Below, in pieces: positions 20,399 through 30,144 of a stretch of DNA of 64,000 nucleotides. The position numbers and the translations under genes are program-made. Below the pieces are notes generated by a model. It was not told the DNA's origin. It was given only the letters and a program-made list of their open reading frames with translations, and did not search any database. Numbering within the stretch: the stretch's first letter is position 1; each line of letters starts with the position of its first letter. Origin of the DNA: an uncultured delta proteobacterium (GTDB taxonomy: Bacteria; Desulfobacterota; Desulfobacteria; Desulfobacterales; Desulfatirhabdiaceae); the NCBI GenBank assembly GCA_963789395.1, contig CAWBKP010000020.1:32001-96000 (forward strand). The letters run 5' to 3'.

Positions 20399-21577
20399 AT
20401 GAAACCGGTTGAAATTGCAAAAGGAATTTATGACGTCGGCGTGAATGACTGGAATATCCGGGATTTTCACGGGTATTCCACCCATCTTGGCACCAGCTAC
20501 AATGCGTTTTTGATTGTGGACAGCAAGATTGCATTGATTGACGCAGTTAAAAAAGAGTTTTCTGATGAGTTGATTGAGAATATCTCCCGGATTGTTGATC
20601 CCCGGAAGATCGATGTGGTGATCAGCAATCATGCGGAGATGGATCATTCCGGAGGGCTTGCCCGGATCATGCACCGGGTCGGCGAGGAAAAACCTTTATT
20701 CTGTTCGAAAATGGGACAGAAAAACCTGTCTTTGCATTTTCCGCAGCGCTTTAATTATCATGCTGTTGAAAACGGAGAAACCTTAAGTCTGGGCAGCCTT
20801 ACGTTGACTTTTATGGAAACCCGGATGCTTCACTGGCCGGACAGTATGTTTACCTATTTAAATGAAGAAAAAATATTGTTTTCCAGCGATGCATTCGGAC
20901 AGCATTACGCGGGTTTCGAAAAATTTGACGATTGCATGGTTCAAGACATCATGATCCATGCCAGGAAATATTTTGCAAATATTCTGTTGCCGTATTCGCC
21001 GCTGATTCTAAAACTCGTGGAACAGGTTACGGCCATGGGGCTGGACATCCGCATGATCTGCCCGGATCACGGGATTATCTGGCGAAAAGATCCGGGAAAG
21101 ATTATTGACGCCTATGTCCGGTGGAGCCGTCAGGATACGGTTCGAAAAGCTGTCATCGTCTATGACACCATGTGGCACAGTACCGAGAAAATGGCGCATG
21201 CCATTGCTGCCGGCCTCAGCGAACAGGGCGTTGCCGTTCAACCCATGCATTTACGAAAATGGGATCGCAGCGATATCATGACCGAAGTGCTGGATGCCAG
21301 GGCTGTCGTGGTGGGATCGCCTACCTTGAACAACGGTTTGTTTCCGTCTCTGGGAGATTTTCTGACCTATATGAAGGGACTTAAACCCAAAAACAAGATC
21401 GGGGCCGCCTTCGGCTCTTACGGCTGGAGCGGCGAAGCGGTCAAGCTCCTGACGCAGGAGCTTGAAGCCATGAAGTTTGAGATGATCGATCCGGGAATGA
21501 AGGTTCAGTACGTTCCGGATGAAAAGGCCCTTGCCGCCTGCTTTGAACTGGGTAAAAAAATCGGCCAGGCCATGTAA
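20399..21577 (+). CDS. fprA: FprA-type flavodiiron protein (rubredoxin:oxygen/NO oxidoreductase)
   Basis: GTSYNAF, NHAEMDHSG, MLHWPDSM, LFSSDAFGQH, PDHG, then a flavodoxin domain with FGSYGWSGEA. Confidence 0.95.
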   Translation: MKPVEIAKGIYDVGVNDWNIRDFHGYSTHLGTSYNAFLIVDSKIALIDAVKKEFSDELIENISRIVDPRKIDVVISNHAEMDHSGGLARIMHRVGEEKPLFCSKMGQKNLSLHFPQRFNYHAVENGETLSLGSLTLTFMETRMLHWPDSMFTYLNEEKILFSSDAFGQHYAGFEKFDDCMVQDIMIHARKYFANILLPYSPLILKLVEQVTAMGLDIRMICPDHGIIWRKDPGKIIDAYVRWSRQDTVRKAVIVYDTMWHSTEKMAHAIAAGLSEQGVAVQPMHLRKWDRSDIMTEVLDARAVVVGSPTLNNGLFPSLGDFLTYMKGLKPKNKIGAAFGSYGWSGEAVKLLTQELEAMKFEMIDPGMKVQYVPDEKALAACFELGKKIGQAM

Positions 21578-21620
21578 GAATTGCAATTTCGCACTTCTTC
21601 ATTCTTTACCCTGCTTGCAT

Positions 21621-21655
21621 CTAAGGGCAGCCCTCCGGCTGCCCTTAGTCATTTC
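21621..21655 (+). terminator. Hairpin after fprA (probable terminator)
   Basis: Perfect 12-bp stem CTAAGGGCAGCC-CTCC-GGCTGCCCTTAG; the U-tract is weak. Confidence 0.55.
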
Positions 21656-21796
21656 AGGCCTTTCGTCTTTCTGAGAATCCATTGTGATTTTTCTTTGAAA
21701 ATGGTAAATTGATCCATACGATTCAGCACCCGGGGAAGTCAGAAGGCCTGCAACCTGAATCATACGGGCCATTTTATAACCGGACAGAGGGATGGC

Positions 21797-23176
21797 ATGG
21801 AAACGATTCTGATCGTTGACGATGAAAAAAATTACCCGCTCATTTTAAGCGCGGTGCTTCAGGATGTCGGCTATGAGACCTTGACCGCCAACAGCGGTAT
21901 GGAAGCGCTGGAGATTTTGAATCACGCGAATGCGGACGTGGATCTTGTCCTGACCGACATGAAAATGCCCGTGATGGACGGTATCGAGTTGCTGGAAAAG
22001 ATTAAGGCCATCAATCCGCATGTGCCGGTCATGATGATGACAGCCTACGGAACGGTTGAAAAGGCCGTGGAGGCCATGCAAAAAGGAGCATACAATTATA
22101 TCCTGAAGCCTTTTGACAATGAAGGCCTGATAATATTCGTAAAAAAAGCCATTGATATGTATCAGGTCGTCAAGGAAAACCTCAGGCTGCGGGATGTGGT
22201 GGAAACCCGGTACAATTTCGGCAACATCGTCGGCAAGAGCAAGCGCATGCAGGAGGTGTTCGAGCTGGTTAAAAAAATGGCGCCTTCTTCCGCAACAGTG
22301 TTGATTGAAGGCGAAAGCGGCACGGGAAAGGAACTGGTGGCCAAATCCATTCATTTTAACAGTCCCCGCAAAGACAAACCCTTTATTGCCGTCAATTGCT
22401 CGGCCCTTTCTGAAAATCTTCTGGAAAGTGAACTCTTCGGACATGAAAAAGGTGCTTTTACCGGCGCTATTGCCATGAAAAAAGGGCGCTTTGAACTGGC
22501 TGACGGCGGCACCCTTTTTCTGGATGAAATCGGGGAGCTGTCTCAGAATCTTCAGGTAAAACTGCTGCGCGTTTTGCAGGAAAGAGCATTTGAACGTGTT
22601 GGTGGGATAAGGCCGGTTCCCGTCAATATACGGATCATTGCGGCAACCAACAAGAATCTGAAAGATGAAACCGAACAGGGGCGTTTCCGGGAAGATCTGT
22701 ATTACCGGCTCAATGTCCTGTATCTGGTGCTGCCGCCGCTAAGAGAGCGTGTTGAGGATATCCGCCTGCTGGTGGATCACATGATTGAAAAATACGCATC
22801 AGAGCGCAGGCCGGGCCAGCAGGTGACCGGTGTGGATCAGGAAGTGGATCGTCTGCTGTACGCATACAGCTGGCCGGGAAATGTACGGGAACTTGAAAAT
22901 GCCATTGAAAGGGCCATGGTTCTCTGCCCCGGAAATATTATCCGGGTTTCCGACCTGCCCAAAGAATTCAAAAAAAATATCAGCCATTCGCTTCATCTGG
23001 AGGGAATTTCCGACAACGCCAAGCTGTATGAAACCCTCGATATGGTGGAAAAGGCAATGATTGAACGGGCGCTGGCCCTTTCTGCCAACGTGCAGTCCCA
23101 TGCCGCCGAACTTCTGGGAATCGGAAAAAGCGGCCTGAATCAGAAGATAAAAAAATATGGGATCAAGGTGGACTGA
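21797..23176 (+). CDS. sigma54-dependent response regulator (NtrC family: REC-AAA+-Fis HTH)
   Basis: ILIVDDE...[53 protein letters not shown]. No adjacent kinase gene. Confidence 0.95.
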   Translation: METILIVDDEKNYPLILSAVLQDVGYETLTANSGMEALEILNHANADVDLVLTDMKMPVMDGIELLEKIKAINPHVPVMMMTAYGTVEKAVEAMQKGAYNYILKPFDNEGLIIFVKKAIDMYQVVKENLRLRDVVETRYNFGNIVGKSKRMQEVFELVKKMAPSSATVLIEGESGTGKELVAKSIHFNSPRKDKPFIAVNCSALSENLLESELFGHEKGAFTGAIAMKKGRFELADGGTLFLDEIGELSQNLQVKLLRVLQERAFERVGGIRPVPVNIRIIAATNKNLKDETEQGRFREDLYYRLNVLYLVLPPLRERVEDIRLLVDHMIEKYASERRPGQQVTGVDQEVDRLLYAYSWPGNVRELENAIERAMVLCPGNIIRVSDLPKEFKKNISHSLHLEGISDNAKLYETLDMVEKAMIERALALSANVQSHAAELLGIGKSGLNQKIKKYGIKVD

Positions 23177-23212
23177 TAATAAAAGTGACTGAACGGAAAG
23201 ACCAATCAGGTA

Positions 23213-23270
23213 AAATCCGAATATCAAAATCCGAAATTCGAAACAAATTCAAAATTCAAATGTCAAAATA
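23213..23270. repeat. Degenerate heptamer tandem array (AAATCCG/AAATTCG/AAATTCA-type)
   Basis: AAATCCGAATATCAAAATCCGAAATTCGAAACAAATTCAAAATTCAAATGTCAAAAT, roughly 7-bp periodicity. Confidence 0.65.
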
Positions 23271-23295
23271 ACGCAAGCGATCAGGTAACTACTCA

Positions 23296-23416
23296 GGTAT
23301 TCAGGAGTCAGCATTCAGGAGCCAGAATGAGGGACCCCAACCCGCTTGATTGACGAAGTCGGTAAATTGCTCAAAGCTTACATGCGGGCCATGCTGAATC
23401 CTGACTCCTGTATACC
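23296..23416 (+). pseudogene. Internally deleted four-helix-bundle (TIGR02436-like) gene inside heptamer-built inverted repeats
   Basis: Left arm GTATTCAGGAGTCAGCATTCAG (23297-23318) matches the reverse complement of 23394-23415 at 20/22. Inside are ATG AGG GAC CCC (MRDP, 23327) and LIDEVGKLLKAYMRAMLNPDS, resembling the family's C-terminal helix. Confidence 0.6.
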
Positions 23417-23471
23417 AGAGTTGTTATGTTGAAAACAGAATCCCCGTTCAGCCAAGAATCTTCGTAATAAT

Positions 23472-24821
23472 CTATACCACCCCCTGATCCATCATGGCAT
23501 TGACCACCTTGACAAATCCCGCGATGTTGGCGCCCACCAGGTAATTGCCCGGCTCCCCGTATTCGGCGGCGGCATCGAGGCAGGTTTTGTGGATGCTTTT
23601 CATGATTCCTTTCAACCGGTTGTCCACTTCTTCTCTCGGCCAGCCGAGTCTCATGCTGTTCTGCGACATTTCCAGGCCGGATACGGCCACGCCGCCGGCA
23701 TTGGAAGCTTTTCCCGGGGCATAGAGAATTTTCCTGTCAATGAAAATGTTGATGGCTTCCGGCGTACTGGGCATGTTGGCGCCTTCGCTGACCAGTAAAA
23801 TGCCCTGGTTGATCAGGTTGCCGGCGTCCTTATCATTGATTTCATTCTGGGTGGCGCTCGGGAATGCACAGTTTGCCGGGTGATTCCACATGGGATTGTG
23901 ATCCAGGGCCGGGTCTGCTTCAAAGTAAACGGCCCCGGGATATTTGTCCACGTATTCCCGAATGCGGCCCCTGCGCACGTTTTTCAGCCGCTTGACAAAG
24001 TCCAGCTTTCCGGCGTCAATGCCTTCTTTATCATAAATGTAACCGGAGGAATCGGAAAGCGTCACCACCTTTGCGCCCAGTTCGATCAGTTTTTCGACAG
24101 TGAACTGCGCCACATTTCCGGAACCGGAAACCAGGCAGGTCTTTTCCTTGAGCGAATCCCCCCGTGCAGCCAGCATTTCCAAGGCAAAATAAACATTTCC
24201 AAAGCCGGTGGCTTCGGGCCGGATGAGGCTGCCGCCCCAGCCCAGGCTTTTTCCGGTGAGAACGCCGGTGAATTCATTGCGCAGTCTCTTGTACATGCCG
24301 AAAAGATATCCGATCTCACGCGCGCCGACCCCGATGTCGCCTGCCGGAACATCGGTATCGGGTCCGACATGGCGGAACAGCTCCATCATGAAGCTCTGGC
24401 AGAACCGCATGATTTCCTGATCGGACCTGCCTTTGGGGTTAAAATCAGACCCGCCTTTTCCGCCGCCCATGGGAAGGGTCGTCAACGCATTTTTAAACAC
24501 CTGCTCAAAAGCCAGAAATTTCAAAATACTGAGATTGACGGACGGATGAAACCGCAGACCGCCCTTGTAGGGACCGATCACACTGCTCATCTGAATGCGA
24601 TATCCCCGATTGACATGAACCTGGCCCTGATCGTCCACCCAGGGTACGCGGAACTGAATGACCCGTTCCGGCTCCATCAGTCTTTCCAGAATCGCGGACT
24701 GCCGGTAATCCGGATATCTTTCCAGAACGGGCTGCACTGTTTCAAAGACTTCTGTAACAGCCTGATGGAATTCTTTTTCGTAGGGATCCCTGTTTTTCAT
24801 ATATTGAATGATATCTGTCAT
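23472..24821 (-). CDS. gdhA: NADP-specific glutamate dehydrogenase
   Basis: EFHQAVTEV, EPERVIQFRVPW, GPYKGGLRFHPSV, GGGKGGSDF, DVPAGDIGVG, RPEATGFG, SGSGNVAQ, EGANMP, KASNAGGV. AAGGAG SD before ATG 24821. Confidence 0.97.
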   Translation of the reverse strand: MTDIIQYMKNRDPYEKEFHQAVTEVFETVQPVLERYPDYRQSAILERLMEPERVIQFRVPWVDDQGQVHVNRGYRIQMSSVIGPYKGGLRFHPSVNLSILKFLAFEQVFKNALTTLPMGGGKGGSDFNPKGRSDQEIMRFCQSFMMELFRHVGPDTDVPAGDIGVGAREIGYLFGMYKRLRNEFTGVLTGKSLGWGGSLIRPEATGFGNVYFALEMLAARGDSLKEKTCLVSGSGNVAQFTVEKLIELGAKVVTLSDSSGYIYDKEGIDAGKLDFVKRLKNVRRGRIREYVDKYPGAVYFEADPALDHNPMWNHPANCAFPSATQNEINDKDAGNLINQGILLVSEGANMPSTPEAINIFIDRKILYAPGKASNAGGVAVSGLEMSQNSMRLGWPREEVDNRLKGIMKSIHKTCLDAAAEYGEPGNYLVGANIAGFVKVVNAMMDQGVV

Positions 24822-24919
24822 CGTAATTCTCCTTTTCGTTTGATAAGTGGAAAACGGGTTGAAGTCTGAAGATTCGATACAAGGATCAAAAAAGATTCTG
24901 CCGCCATTGATTTCAGACC

Positions 24920-27896
24920 TCAGGCTGGAATGCCTGTGAAAATCACACCGATGGATTTCTTCCCCTGAATTTTGACGGTTATCGGATGATCGCGCCGAAC
25001 ATGCCGGATATGTGTGGTTTCCTGTACAAATGGAAAGTCTTCCACCTGTTTCCAGTTCAGGGTATCGTCCGAATCTTCCTCGACCGTGATATAGGGAATG
25101 CCAAGCGACGTAATATTCTGAAAAAAATGGGAGCCCTGGGAAGGATCGGCATGAATCTGGCTGTTCTTCAGCTCGATGATTGCGCCTACATTCGAGATAT
25201 TTCGCCACTTAACCGGAATGCCCAGCCATCTGTCCGCAGATCCCCATCTTCCCGGGCCGATCAGCAGATAAGGCCGGCTTTCCCGGCTCAGCACGGCATT
25301 GATCCTGCCGATCTCATCCGCCATCTGCTCGGTGGCATTGATTTGAAATTCTCCCGGCTTTACATAGACAATGTCTGAAATGTGGTCGAACTTGCCATTG
25401 CCCAGCGCATGCCTTGAAAAACACAGGCACTGGTGAAGATCATCGTCCGTAATGGCCACATCCTGCTGGTCGATTTCCGCGGCCATGGGCCGCATCTGAA
25501 GGAAATAGAATTCGTTTTTCCGCTGTTCCTGGGTCCCCAGATTGACGGCAAACTCGATTTCCACCGGACAGCCCATGCCTTTCCTGCCCAGATCCAGCAG
25601 GTCGCAAAGCAATTGCGGAAGGGGGAATATGTCGTGTTTAAGTATGGCAGCAAATGTGGGAATTTTTGAACCCGGCAAATGGCCGCTGTCCCGAATCCGG
25701 TGTTCTTCCGGGACATAGGTGCTGGAGAGCATTCTTACAGGATACTCGGTTTGCGCCTCGTCTATTTCCCGTTTTTCAAGATTGGAGAATTGTTCGAAAT
25801 TCAGGATATCCGGGTAACCGCGGATCTTGAGCGCATAAAAATACCGCTGACAATTGCTCAGAATGTCTTCCACAGCAGTGAACTGAGGCAGTAACTGGGG
25901 ATATCTGGGGGAGAATCTGACGGATTTTTCGCCTTCAACCACGGTTTTTCCCATGCCGATGGCGATATGGGCGATGCCGTCTTCGGATTTCATGGTGGAG
26001 ACCGGATAAAAATTATGGGACTGGACCACGCCGGACAGGGCGGGGTAGAAATAGTCGCCATAGGTTTCTCCGATCAGTTGCTGAATGATCACAGCCATGG
26101 ATTCTTCCTGGGGCTGGCTGACCGAATTGCGGGTAAAGGACCTGGGGTCTTCATAATACGTTGAGGCATATACCAGTTTAACAGCATGGATCAATTGTCT
26201 GAGCCGGATGGCAATATCCGGGTGATTGTTGGGAATCATGTAGGTTTTATACAGCCCGGCATAGGGTTGAAACTGCGCATCTTCCAGAAGGCTCGATGAC
26301 CGGATGGACAGCGGATACTGAACCTGAGCCAGAAACGTCTCCAGATCGGATACCAGCCAGTCCGGCAATTCCGCTTTCAAAAAACAATCCTCGATTTCCA
26401 GGTCTGAAAAATCGGTTTTTGTACAATACTGCAATTGGTTATACGCGATGAACGATTCAAATCCCTGGGTGGTGATGACCAGGGTTTTGGGGATTTGTAC
26501 GGAAAGCTGTGGATAGGAAGTCTGCAATGCGGGATTCTGATGCAACAAGGCCGACATGAAGGCAAGCCCTCTGGCCTTTCCTCCCAGGGACCCGTCTCCG
26601 ATTTTGACGAAATCCATGATGTCGGCATCGAAATTCTGGGCTCTGAATTGGGCTACCACCCCTTTTTGCTGTAGTTTTCTGACCGTGTGCAGGCCGGTGA
26701 CGATATATCGGCGCAGGTCTGCCGTATTCTGGAATGCGCTGGCCTGCACCTCGCGGAAAGTGGAAGCCAGGGCAAATTCCGAGCGGGCCATCAGCCAGTT
26801 GGAAAAATGATTCCGGGCGGCATGATACAGCAGCGATTCATCCGGAATCCGGGTTATCTTCAGCTCTAGTGTTCTCAGGCTCGTATGCTCTGTCGATTTC
26901 CGTTCTGTCCGGCATCCGAAAGACAAAATCGCCGAAGCCCAGGTGGTTCAGAAAAAAATCCTGAAGTTCAACCAGCAGATTGGGTGAATTTTTGTCCAGA
27001 AATATGGCCGGGATACGATCCGCTTTTATCCGGTTGTGGGAATCCGAACTGAGCAGCAGAATCGGGAGATCCGGGATTTCCTGTTTCATGAAGGTCAGAA
27101 TATCCACGCCTGCCTGGTCATCCAGTTTGCCGTTTCTGGGAATCCGGGTATCGGATATGACGCCGATCAGATAGGCGCGATATTTCAGGCAAAGATCCAT
27201 GGCTTCTTCATAGGTTTCGGCCAGCATGATTTTCGGCCTGGATCGCATGCGCAACAGCCGGTGTTCCTCGTTGAGGCCAACTCCCAATACCGCCTGGGTC
27301 TGTTTGACGATTTCCTTGTAGATCAGCGGCAGAAACGATGAATAATACTGAGGGGAGTCCTCCACCAGAATCAGCACGCGAACCATTGCCCGCTGGGTAT
27401 CCCTGTCAACATTCAGCCGGTCTTCTGCGTTTTTGACCAGTGCAAGCAATAGATCCGCGTTTCCGGACCAGATAAACACTTTGTCAATGCCCATCAATTT
27501 CCGATATTCACCCTGGGGGAAGATGGACCGGAGGTTGTGGCAGAGCAGAATGACCGGCAGATCGGAATGGTTTGCCTTGATTTTCAGGCCCAGGGTCTGA
27601 GCATCCATGTCATCAAGATTCGGCATGGTGATAACCATGTCAAAGTTTTTTTGTTTCAGAAGGCTCAGGGCGTTCCGGCCGGAAGACGTCCGGGTGACCC
27701 GCGGGGGCAGGCTTAAATTCAGGCCGATATACTCGTTGACGATGCGGGACGCCAGACTGCGATCCTCTTCCATGATATAGGCGTCATAGGGACTGGAAAT
27801 CAGAAGAATCTCCCTGACCTTGATGGACATGATCTCATGGAACATCTTGAACTGGGAGTAAAATTCGTTGTGAATTTCGCTGTTTTTCAGGGTCAT
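24920..27896 (-). CDS. REC-REC-PPDK_N (ATP-grasp dikinase-like) protein, ~990 aa, one indel near 26885
   Basis: Two receiver-like domains (the second with LVED...VISD...PILLLS). Then KIGDGSLGGKARGL, IRSSSLLED, MAVIIQQ, VEIEFA, LQMRP (PPDK/PEPS nucleotide-binding domain) and a C-terminal PSQGSHFFQN. Confidence 0.85.
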
Positions 27897-28092
27897 GGGA
27901 GATTCCGGTGTTTGGTTAGAGAAAAACCGCATGAAGATATTCTAAATCTTTAACGATGTCTTTGCAAAAACATTTTCAGCAAAATGCATGTCTTCAAGGG
28001 CGCTGATTAGTAAAAATAATGTATTGACACTGTAAATAAGTTAAGCTAATAACAAATTAAAGATGATGTAAGCGCGTAACAGCCGATAATAC

Positions 28093-28167
28093 CACAATGG
28101 CGTGAGAGATTACGGCTTGAAAGGACAAAGGCGTCCGCCCCGATATAAGGGATGGGTGCCTTTTTTT
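28093..28167 (+). promoter_or_regulatory. ANTAR-type dual hairpin overlapping an intrinsic terminator
   Basis: P1 CAC-AATGGC-GTG (28093-28104) and P2 GGAC-AAAGGC-GTCC (28123-28136), both hexaloops with A1/G4. P2 overlaps the 5' arm of terminator AGGCGTCCGCCC...GGGATGGGTGCC, followed by T7 (28161-28167). Confidence 0.8.
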
Positions 28168-28273
28168 ATTTTGAAACCTGTCAATTATTTTAATGGTCCC
28201 AAATACCGTTGCCGATCGATGATTATTATGCAAATCTAATTGCAGAATAATATTTATATGTTAATGACCGAAA

Positions 28274-28311
28274 TACAACGGCGTAGCTTCGGCATTGGAC
28301 AATGGCGTCCA
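28274..28311 (+). promoter_or_regulatory. Second ANTAR-type dual hairpin
   Basis: TAC-AACGGC-GTA (28274-28285) and TGGAC-AATGGC-GTCCA (28296-28311), A1/G4 hexaloops 10 nt apart. Followed by a GCTGAGG...CCTCGGC hairpin and a T-run before the SD. Confidence 0.7.
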
Positions 28312-28375
28312 CTTTCATTTCAGCTGAGGTATGTTCTCCCTCGGCATTAATTTTTTTCAGAAAGGAAAAACAAAC

Positions 28376-29971
28376 ATGAATTTGTCAACGCCTAACGCCA
28401 ATGACGCAACTCTGACTTTTAACCGTTCCAAAAGCGTGGTTCCCATGAGCGGACTCTGTTCGCGATGTATTGATGGCTGCCGCGGCAACTGTGAAGTTTT
28501 CCGGTCCACTTTCCGCGGCCGCGAAGTGATCTATCCGGCGCCTTTCGGTTCAATTACGGCCGGCGCCGACAAAAACTATCCCGGTAGACTATTCGCATCT
28601 GAACATTCAGGGCTATGCCCTTGGCGCAACGGGACTTCCGGCCGGCGTTGCGGTCAGCCCCGATACCGCCATCTTTCCCTGCGGTCAACACCGAAACCGA
28701 ATACGGCTGGGATATCAAAGTCAAGATGAAGGCGCCGATTTTTACCGGCGCACTTGGATCCACGGAAATCGCCCGCAAGAACTGGGAGCATTTTGCTGTG
28801 GGTGCCGCCATCAGCGGCGTGACGCTTGTCTGCGGCGAAAACGTGTGCGGCATCGATCCCCAGCTCGAATTGAACGCACAGGGTAAAATTGCCAAATCTC
28901 CGGATATGGATCGGCGCATTGAAGTTTACAAGCGCTTTCATCAGGGTTACGGTGAAATACTGGTCCAGATGAACGTGGAAGATACCCGCCTGGGCGTTGC
29001 GGAATACGTCGTGGAAAAGCATGGCCTGCAGACCATCGAACTCAAATGGGGACAGGGCGCCAAATGCATCGGCGGCGAAATCAAGGTCAGAAGAATTGAT
29101 CGGGCGCTTGAACTGCAGAAAAGAGGCTATCTGGTAACGCCTGATCCGTCCAGCCCCATTGTTCAGGCAGCCTACAAAGAAGGCGCCATCCGGGAATTCG
29201 AGCGTCACAGCCGCCTGGGTTTTGTCAGCGAGGAAGGATTCATGGCCGAATGTGAACGCCTTCGCAAGCTTGGCTTTAAGAGAATCACGCTCAAGACCGG
29301 CGCATACGGCCTCCGCGAACTGGCCATGGCGATCAAATGGGGCTCCAAGGCCAAGATCGACCTGCTGACCATTGACGGCGCTCCGGGCGGTACCGGCATG
29401 AGCCCGTGGCGTATGATGGAAGAATGGGGAGTTCCGAGCATTTATCTGCATTCAGCAGCTTACGAGTTCTGCAAGAAACTCACCGACAAGGGCGAGAGAG
29501 TTCCGGATCATGGCATTTGCCGGCGGATTTTCCAGTGAGGACGGTGTGTTCAAGGCGCTCTCGATGGGCGCTCCTTTTGTAAAAGCCGTCTGCATGGGCC
29601 GTGCGCTGATGATTCCCGGAATGGTTGGAAAGAACATTGCCGAATGGATCGACAAGAACGATCTGCCCAAGACCGTCAGCCAGCATGGTTCGACCATCGA
29701 AGAAATATTCGTCAACTACGAGGCCATAAAAGACATGGTCGGCGCCAAAGCCATTGAGGAAGTTCCTCTGGGCGCCATCGGCATTTACAGCTACTCGGAC
29801 AAGATCAAGGTCGGTCTGCAGCAGCTTATGGCCGGCGCCCGCTGCTTCACCCCCAGCGCCATCACCCGCAGGGAGCTTATGTCTCTTACCGAAGAATGCA
29901 CCAAAGTCACCGGAATCCCCTATGTCATGGATGCTTACCGGGAAGAGGCGGAAGCCATCCTCAACGGATAA
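28376..29971 (+). CDS. Stand-alone FMN-binding glutamate synthase-family protein (2-3 indels)
   Basis: N-terminal CSRCIDGCRGNC; APIFTGALGS, IELKWGQGAKCIGGE, ITLKTG, LTIDGAPGGTG, AFAGGF, GAPFVKAVCMGRA (GltB FMN-domain motifs). Confidence 0.85.
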
Positions 29972-29995
29972 CCGTTAACGTTTTCAGGACGAAAT

Positions 29996-30032
29996 AAAAA
30001 AGCCCCTTTCCGTTTCGGAAAGGGGCTTTTTT
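29996..30032. terminator. Bidirectional intrinsic terminator
   Basis: AAAAAAGCCCCTTTCCG-TTT-CGGAAAGGGGCTTTTTT between the convergent glutamate synthase-like gene and qmoC. Confidence 0.9.
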
Positions 30033-30144
30033 ATTAAAAAACGGGCTTACCTCCGACATTGCAGAGTTGACCCGGCATTCGGTTTGCTCAAAATACGGGA
30101 TTCCGGTGCACCTGCGGCATTTCCAATAAAGCCGCGTGCTGTCT

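Noticed and set aside
24822..25208. 129-aa N-terminal extension of GdhA in the ORF track
   Set aside because: It overlaps the upstream gene's 3' end and has no GDH-like features. ATG 24821 has a good SD and gives the normal ~449-aa length.
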